Assembly: GCA_019348335.1 (NCBI GenBank)
Contig: JAHWJR010000004.1
Span: 1 to 34,145, forward strand
From: Actinomycetota bacterium
GTDB taxonomy: Bacteria; Actinomycetota; Acidimicrobiia; Acidimicrobiales; CADCSY01
Reading direction: 5' to 3'
DNA: 34,145 nt
The position numbers and the translations under genes were made by a program. Every line of letters begins with the position of its first letter. The stretch's first letter is position 1. A model generated the notes under the pieces. That model saw only the letters and a program-made list of their open reading frames with translations, made no database searches and had not been told where the DNA came from. Positions 33,695 to 34,145 of the stretch are shown here, piece after piece.

Positions 33695-34145
33695 ATGAGC
33701 CTGGACCTGCACGGCGATCGCACGGCGGCCGGCCGTGAGGCTTCCCGGCAACCCCTGGTGGGGCTGGCCGGCTGGGAGCGGCGCTACCGGCTGGGGCTGC
33801 TCGCCATGGACGCCGTGGCCGTCGGTCTGGCCGGCGCCGTGGCGCAGGTCGTGCGCTTCGGCTCGCCCAGCTCGCCGGTCGCCCTGGCCGCCACCGGAGT
33901 GCCGTACTGGCTGGTGGCCGTGCTGATGATCCCCGTCTGGCTCACGGTCATGGCCGTGGGCGGCGGCTACGAGCCCCGGATTCTGGGCGTGGGCTCCGAG
34001 GAGTTCCGCCGGGTGTTCAACGCCGCCGTGCGCTTCCTCGCCCTGGTCGTCATCGCCTTCTACGCCCTCAATGTCGATCTGGCCCGTGGCTTCGTCGCCG
34101 CCTTCATCCCCCTGGCCACGGTGCTCACGCTGCTGGGGCGCTACG
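33695..34145 (+). CDS. Polyprenyl-phosphate sugar phosphotransferase (exopolysaccharide priming enzyme, WbaP/EpsB-like), N-terminal part only; 3' end outside the window
   Basis: Hand translation from ATG 33695 is open to the window end: MSLDLHGDRTAAGREASRQPLVGLAGWERRYRLGLLAMDAVAVGLAGAV...YWLVAVLMIPVWLTVMAVGGGYEPRILGVGSEEFRRVFNAAVRFLALVVIAFYALN. The TM pattern and the GGYE...GSEEFRRV segment are typical of the N-terminal region of these transferases. The catalytic domain is not in the window. Confidence 0.6.
   Translation, partial: MSLDLHGDRTAAGREASRQPLVGLAGWERRYRLGLLAMDAVAVGLAGAVAQVVRFGSPSSPVALAATGVPYWLVAVLMIPVWLTVMAVGGGYEPRILGVGSEEFRRVFNAAVRFLALVVIAFYALNVDLARGFVAAFIPLATVLTLLGRY

Noticed and set aside
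33411-33751. ORFs 33411-33698 (+), 33453-33680 (-) and 33518-33751 (-) in the divergent intergenic region
   Set aside because: No domain features, no convincing RBS, mutually overlapping, and no coding-like third-position bias by eye. Treated as non-coding regulatory DNA.

Overview
High-GC window, probably Actinomycetota (the LPXTG substrate points to a Gram-positive envelope). It is almost entirely a cell-surface polysaccharide locus. It holds two paralogous BY tyrosine autokinase/co-polymerase genes, four GT4 glycosyltransferases, a Wzx flippase and two Wzy/O-antigen-ligase-like polymerases. It also has a degenerate MraY/WecA-like::DUF4012-like fusion, a partial polyprenyl-phosphate sugar transferase, a GDP-mannose 3,5-epimerase, five methyltransferases (two FkbM type), a sulfotransferase, an acetyltransferase and a Tat-exported clan GH-A hydrolase. 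A 5'-truncated SLC13/TrkA-C permease sits at the left edge. The main find is a split-B lasso-type RiPP gene set at 9.6-14.3 kb inside this locus: PqqD-like B1, transglutaminase-like B2, an Asn-synthetase-like cyclase lacking the usual N-terminal domain, an HPr-kinase-like kinase and a DrrAB-type ABC exporter. With it is a 31-codon ORF absent from the ORF track. Its leader fits the YxxPxLx3Gx5Tx recognition motif exactly in spacing, but its predicted core is only 11 aa (TIVVLAQGETS), too short to thread as a lasso, and ends in Ser. B1/B2 appear co-transcribed with a Wzy-like gene, a tiny LPXTG protein and the DUF4012 fusion. A clearly lower-GC segment (about 21.05-32.4 kb) carries the glycan-decoration genes. 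I found no rRNA, tRNA, CRISPR array or transposase. Many long alternative-frame ORFs in the track are high-GC artefacts. All family assignments come from motif reading by eye and need HMM confirmation.
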